A DNA stretch of 64,000 nucleotides. Origin: Thermodesulfobacteriota bacterium (lineage in GTDB: Bacteria > Desulfobacterota > Binatia > Bin18). Each line of letters begins with the position of its first letter. Positions within the stretch are counted from its first letter, which is position 1. The position numbers and the translations under genes are program-made. The DNA lies in NCBI GenBank assembly GCA_964291405.2, contig OZ219926.1:2432001-2496000 (forward strand). The letters are read 5' to 3'. The notes beneath the pieces were generated by a model. It did not search any database. It had not been told where the DNA came from and was given only the letters and a program-made list of their open reading frames with translations. This document shows, one piece after another, positions 63,778 to 64,000 of the stretch.

Positions 63778-64000
63778 TGGGAAGCACCCTCTCTAGTTCG
63801 GTAACGATCTGGGCAAAAGTTAACTCCTGCGCGCGTGATTTGGGAATAATAAGAATATCTCGTGTCGGGGATATACGCGCCTGCCGGACTCGAAAAAACT
63901 CGCGCAACCTTCTCTTCATTTGATTCCGCATGACCGCCTTGCCATAGCGCCGTGAGGCTGTCACCCCAAGGCGCGGACGGGCGGTACGGGCGGGCGAGGT
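63758..64000 (-). CDS. rnpA: Ribonuclease P protein (5' part off the window)
   Basis: PRLGVTASRRYGKAVMRNQMKRRLRE RNR-like motif; position before yidD. Confidence 0.9.
   Translation of the reverse strand, partial: TSPARTARPRLGVTASRRYGKAVMRNQMKRRLREFFRVRQARISPTRDILIIPKSRAQELTFAQIVTELERVLPIAQRTQ

Overview
Bacterial chromosomal origin region. Gene content (split atp operons, jag, dnaA-dnaN-gyrB-gyrA) suggests a deltaproteobacterial-type lineage; this is inference only. The window holds a split urea uptake and urease locus under divergent sigma54 promoters, tRNA-Arg(CCU), a Fic gene, glcDEF, asd, atpZIBE-hemL, dnaA/oriC/dnaN/gyrB/gyrA, assorted metabolic genes, and the rnpA-yidD-yidC-jag-mnmE-mnmG-rsmG-parAB-atpF'FHAGDC block with two parS sites. 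The most striking unannotated signal is a family of 51-59 bp palindromic elements (consensus AAAGAG[G/T]AAACGTGTCC..spacer..GGACACGTTT[C/A]CTCTTT), with 12 copies found by eye. Two copies sit in frame as 18-codon insertions inside mnmG and mnmE, others supply stop codons or an RBS plus start codon, and one abuts a tRNA 5' end. Also seen: a probable selenocysteine peroxiredoxin (UGA at the catalytic Cys plus a SECIS-like hairpin) missed by the ORF track, an oriC with five tandem 11-bp-phased DnaA boxes and DnaA-trios, and +1 frameshifts in ssb and a neighbouring MaoC gene.
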